A stretch of 64,000 nt of DNA from positions 372,001 to 436,000 of the forward strand of contig NW_027138892.1 of the NCBI RefSeq assembly GCF_035084215.1. Direction: 5' to 3'. Below, piece after piece: positions 53,061 to 64,000 of this stretch. Positions within the stretch are counted from its first letter, which is position 1. Each line of letters begins with the position of its first letter. The position numbers were made by a program, and so were the translations under genes. This stretch comes from Heptranchias perlo (Eukaryota). A model generated the notes under the pieces. The model worked only from the letters and a program-made list of their open reading frames with translations. It was not told the DNA's origin and did not search any database.

Positions 53061-54853
53061 GGTGCGAACTATGCAGCAGTCAAAGCTACCAGATAATCCA
53101 CACTGACTCGTAAAATTATGGCTCAACAACGTATGAAATGTGGTGACATTGATATCCCAAAAGTGCCTTTAGAGATCATAATATCCTACTATTACAGCAC
53201 AGAAAGAAGCCATTCAGCCCATTGTGCCTATGCTGCCTCTTTGAAAGAGCTATCCAATTAGTCCCACTCCCCTGCTCTTTCCCCCTTCAAGTATTTATCC
53301 AATTTCCTTTTGAAAGTTATTAAATCTGCTTCCACCACCCGATGAGGCAATGCATTCCAGATCAGAACACTGAAAAAAGTTTCGTGTCACTTCTGGTTCT
53401 TTTACCAATCACCTTAAATCTGTGTTTGCTGGTTACTAACCGGTCTGCTACTGGAATCAGTTTCCCCTTATTTACTCCATCAATATAAAGATATTAACAT
53501 GGACTGACTGAAGACGGCAATTCTATCACACCCAGTGCAAGTCACAAGTTCCTAAACTTCACTTGGAAACACTGGATAATTACAGCTACAGCATCAACAT
53601 TTGAATCCATTCATAGGGGTGAAGGAGATGAATGGAGAACCCATAGGATTTGGAAAGGTTGATTACAATTTGGTATGAAACGCACAATAGGACTATAGGC
53701 AAATCGACACATTTATGGAGGAGCTGATTGTATTGTGTTTATGAATTGATGGCATTGGGATGTGGAGTTTCAGGCAAAATATCTATTTAACTTGGTTTAA
53801 ATGAAATGGTGATCCAGTAGAATTTAGAATTGTAATCTAGTATTAACTGCACAATGGGATAAATACAAATTGATAGATTTATGGATGAGCTGCTTATATT
53901 GGGTTTATGAATTGATGGAACAGTAGTGGTATGGAAGAGTTTAGGAGCCTTATCTATTCAACTTAATGGTTCAAGTTAGTTGTTTAGTGCATTTACTACG
54001 TCTCCCAGAAGGAAGATTTTGTTTGCTGGAGTTTAGTTCGAGGTATTTTTTCTGTACCATACCCAATTTATTATTCATGGGGGAGATTAACAGGGGGTTG
54101 GGGGGGGGGAGAAGATGAAAATGAAGGGAAATAGACAAACAGGGAACCTGCACTCCCCCATATGAGACCTATTTGACTCCAAACAAACAGTTTATTAGGA
54201 GTAATAGTGAGTGATTTCATAAGCTACCCCAACTACCTACTGAGGTCTGTAGCATCTTTGAAAAAAAAGCATCTGGATTGTTCTTCCCCAGGCAGATACT
54301 ATTCTTAAAAAAATTGCCTATTGGACTGAAATTACTAGTTCACTTTCCTTGTGTTTTATTGGAACAAAATGTTACAGCAGCTGATTTTGCATCATTAATG
54401 AGTTAAACAGTTGATAATATGCAGTACTAATAGGAACAGTAACTCATTACTGTATTGTTCTTTGCATTGAAATCAGCAGTAATCATTTTACTGCATAAAT
54501 ACAATTTACACTCAAGGCAGACACATTGGCCCTCAACACCCAAGTCACTACATTGATATGACCCCAGAAGAAAAAATGTCATAGGGCAGAATCTCACCCT
54601 AAAGCCAATACATAGCCCAATGTAATTTGTTACAACAGCTGAATTATGTTAATCTGAAAAATAAGCAATCACTCAATTTACAAGGAGCCAAAACCCAGTC
54701 TTCTGTAACAGTTTATTTCCAGTTACTATTACATTTCACATCAAGAGCCCAGGTCTCAGAGCTCTTAGTACAAAGTCACCATTGCTACAGGATAGGGGTT
54801 CTTCAGACTATAAACAGGAGTACTGAACAATAAGCTTTATCCCTGCAGTCAGT

Positions 54854-57416
<2,563 letters not shown>

Positions 57417-57711
57417 CTTTAAATTAACTTTAACAAAACTAAACAACTCTATTGAAGCAAGAAACTGAAAAACAGCCACCCAAAGCTCCATATTTATACT
57501 GCTGGTTAATCCTGGGCGTGGCAGCCTAGATGATGAGTGACAGTTGGCAATACCCAATCAGAAATTACATCCTCTCTCAGAACACCAATCAAGAAAAGGG
57601 AGGAGGGGAGATGACACCCAGAGCCAGTCAGAACTTTGAAGGAGGAGCATCATTGGCTGACAATTCAATAAAGATCCAATTGCTTTGACTTTCCTCAAAC
57701 TGTAAAATCTG

Positions 57712-57888
57712 TTTCCGTGACCGGTGGGCACCGCAGGGACTGGAGTGCATCCTGGATCGATGTAATAAAATTATAATTTGACACTTATTTTGGGTTTATT
57801 GATTTACTGCACATAAACACAACCAACCCCCCCTCCCCTTCTTATAAAAGGGGGGCCTAAAACACAAAAAAAGGAAAAGCAAAAAAAC
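57712..57888 (+). mobile_element. Tx1 3' end (mirror of 10503-10678)
   Basis: FRDRWAPQGLECILD..., hairpin CCCCTTCTTATAAAAGGGGGG, tail. Confidence 0.85.
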
Positions 57889-60255
57889 CATGGCTGCTCT
57901 TCCATCCCACACTCCAAAGAAAAAAAAATCTGATCGTGACCATATTCTTGACCATAATCGACCTTTCTTTGATGGACCAATAAGGGAGACTCTGGGTTGC
58001 CCCAGGGTCACCAAACATAAACCATCACAAGTGGCCCTCTCAGGGCACCACTAATATTGGATGGTCCAATCAAACTGAAAAGATACCAAAATAAGCATCA
58101 AGTGCCACCAAAAACAACAGGATACTTTCCCAATTAAATCCGGATTCTATTATTGATGTCTGAAAGACAGTCTATACCCTGCGGTGCCCAGCGGTCGCGG
58201 AAGGCATCAAGCGTAACGGTGGACACCACATGCTCCCTCTCCGGGGCCACCCGGGCACTTGACCATAATGGACCAAATTGTCAATTGGTGGATCTGCCCC
58301 CATCCCATCGGTTATGGTCACTGATCGTGACGGTTCAAAGATCCAGAACCACAGGTTTAATTGTTGTTTGCGGGTCAGTGTCTTTGAATAATTCTGGATG
58401 GATCCGTGAGTTGGTTATTTGGCAAGCAGCTGCGGGTTTGAGGCAACATCCAAACAGATCAGAGCCTGTGAACAGCAATCAACAGCGAGTCAGGCGAATG
58501 GAAAGTGGGTGTGATGAACGTGTTAAACACAAGTCCTTCAATACTCCATCAATTCTAGGGTCAGTGAGCATCTGTACACACATCGGCTGGAAAGTGAAGG
58601 GGGCCACGGCATGTTGAGTTCTTTTTTGGTCATCATGACATTTTACAAACAATAAAATGCAGAGCACTCCACGGGGAAGAGACTGTGGACCATTGACTGA
58701 AGGGATTTGGGGGTGGGGGGGTTTGGTGTTGGGAGGGATTGCGGTGAGAGGCAAACACTGTGTGTAGTGTTGGTTGTATATACAGTGAGCGACAGTGGTG
58801 AACAGACTATCTGGTATTTCCTGGGTTTGGTAATCCCTTGTTTCAATGATTAATCTCTTGTACTTTTTGGACAGTCAAACACCAAGTGGAAAGAGTCGAG
58901 TGGTGAATTTTCTCATTACAAAGGGGAGTTACTGATATTTCCCTAAATCCGGTCAGGGAAGGATGGGGCTCCGTGGATATTTTGTGTTCCAGATCACATC
59001 AGAATACTGTCGGATCAACAACAAACAGCAGGCTAAAAAAAAAAATCAAAGGTGGAACCGAGTGAAGGAAAGATGAAGCAACGAAAAGTGGGGTCGATGG
59101 ACTGATCTGATCATATGAACCCTGTGTGAGAATAACCTGAACATCACTGGTGCAAACTCAGTTAAAGCTTTAAACAGACCAAGTAGTTGGTGGTTTAGCC
59201 TTTAATTAGATGGCTCTATTCTCCAACTCTTCAGTAGACTTATAAGTGGCAGTTTTGGCAATTGGGATCTAGTGTTATTTGGTTCCAGGCCAAATAAGAT
59301 TACACAAAGATTGTATTCGCAAGGAGAGGGGAATGGGGCAAGAACTGTTTAATGAAACAGAATCCAGCAAGGGAAACTTAGAGGGGCTCTTAGATTTGCA
59401 ACAGCAAATGGAAGTATTTTAGAGGCTATGGGGTCCAGGATATAAAAAGGTGCATGAGGTGAACAGAGACTGGAAAATAAAAATTGAGATTGAAACAAAT
59501 AGCAGGAGCTGGACCAAAGTTCTGCACAGGAAGAAAAAGATGGGCTGAAGAGAAGGAGGAAAGAGCCAGGTAATCCTAGCAGGAACAATTGGAGATTTGG
59601 TCTTACTTTGCTCCAGGATTTTTGTAACTACTTAAATTTGAATACCTGCTTCAGGGAACACTTCCCTCATGTCCTACAATGGACAAGTCAGCAGCAATGT
59701 GTGGGGTTGTTTATTCAGAAGGTTAACTACTGTAAATCACCATTGATGCCCACATCCCATGAACAAATAGTAATAAAAAAATGCACACTCTCCAAAAGGG
59801 ATTCAAGCCTATGTGGAGGAAGAGGTCTTACTGTAATCAGATTACACTTTAATCTCTACTACAGAACACCAAATATTGAAAGCTGTTAGGTACAAATCTA
59901 ATTTTGGCCTGATGGCCATCCGAGGCTGCTACAAAACCAAATTAAGCCTTCTGGAGGGGAAGGGGTTAAAACATCCATGTGCCCAAACAAATCAGATTTT
60001 ATCACGGTGACAACCTATTTCTTAGATTTTTTTTTGTTTGACGCAAGGCCACGTGCATTGGTGTTAGAATGTGCTCAATTACTGAAGAAAAGGAACCAGT
60101 TCAACATCAAAATGTTTTATTTCAGCTGCAAGAACACTCAACTACAATGTTTGGAAGTTAATCTTAGACTTTGAATTCCATTCCCAGTTCAGAGAGATGG
60201 CAACATAAAACTTCAATACACAAGTTGAATATCTGCAACATGGACAACAGTCCAG

Positions 60256-63298
<3,043 letters not shown>

Positions 63299-63487
63299 CC
63301 AAACTACTTTTTTTTTTAATAGACCAGCAACTGACTATAAACAATATGAACATAAGGACCTCAAACCTAAGCTGCTATATTTATTCTTTCAGACCCAACC
63401 CATCTTTAACTACAGGATGTGACATCACTGATGATAAATGTTTGGCAGCCAATCAAATAACTGCTTTCTCATCACACGAACGGAAAA

Positions 63488-63562
63488 AAACCCTAACCCC
63501 TCCCCCTGAAAAAAGTGGGGGGGGCCTAAAAACACCAAAAAAAATGAAAAACACACAAAAAC
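63488..63562 (+). mobile_element. Very short Tx1 3' terminus (hairpin + tail) upstream of ferritin gene C
   Basis: CCCCTCCCCCTGAAAAAAGTGGGGGGGGCCTAAAAAC plus an A-rich tail, matching the family terminal motif ...GGGGGGCCTAAAA. Confidence 0.6.
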
Positions 63563-64000
63563 CCAATATCTTCAGGATCCTCCTTTCATTCAATCACTTC
63601 TCTTGTTCTATTTCATAAGTTTCTTCACTTCATTTTAACCTGCTGTTTGTTTTTATTCTGTGACCTGTCTGTTTTTTAACCTCTCTTTCTAATGATTTCT
63701 CCCCCTGCTCCTCATTTGTTCTGTTCTTTTCTCCCCATCTCCCCCATTCCCCAGAATCCCACCCATTCCCATGTCCCCTTGTAACACTGTGCAGTCTGCA
63801 GCCTGTGTGTCCATGTCCCTGTGCTTCAGTCAGCCTGAGTCACTCTCTTCAATAAAAAATATTCCTTCCACTACGAGCATGCTATCCAGTCCCTCGGTGC
63901 CATTGTCTCAATGTTACTCTTTTAATTGAACAAGAAGGAGACACTGAGTTTCTCTTTTTTTCTAATGGGTCTTTGAGCCCCAGTGTCAGGAACCCCGAAA

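Overview
Vertebrate genomic DNA, most likely a cartilaginous fish (inferred from DeuSINE/SacSINE1-like SINEs and CR1/L2 LINE content). It contains: (i) an apparently intact Tx1-clade (L1 superfamily) non-LTR retrotransposon at the left edge; (ii) four 4-exon ferritin (H/M-type) genes, two on each arm of a ~10 kb near-identical inverted duplication (about 6.7-16.9 kb vs 51.5-61.7 kb); (iii) a 9-exon ZP3/ZPC egg-coat gene whose promoter has been replaced by a Tx1 3' end, plus a separate ZP3 promoter/exon-1 stub at 50.7-50.9 kb interrupted by a Tx1 5' end; (iv) a ~22 kb tRNA cluster with 2-3 intact genes and about 14 pseudogenes in direct and inverted segmental duplications. The main signals are the concentration of Tx1 insertions at promoters of likely oocyte-expressed genes, decayed iron-responsive elements in the ferritins, and near-identical ferritin exons between unalignable introns. 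All alignments were done by eye and no database searches were run.
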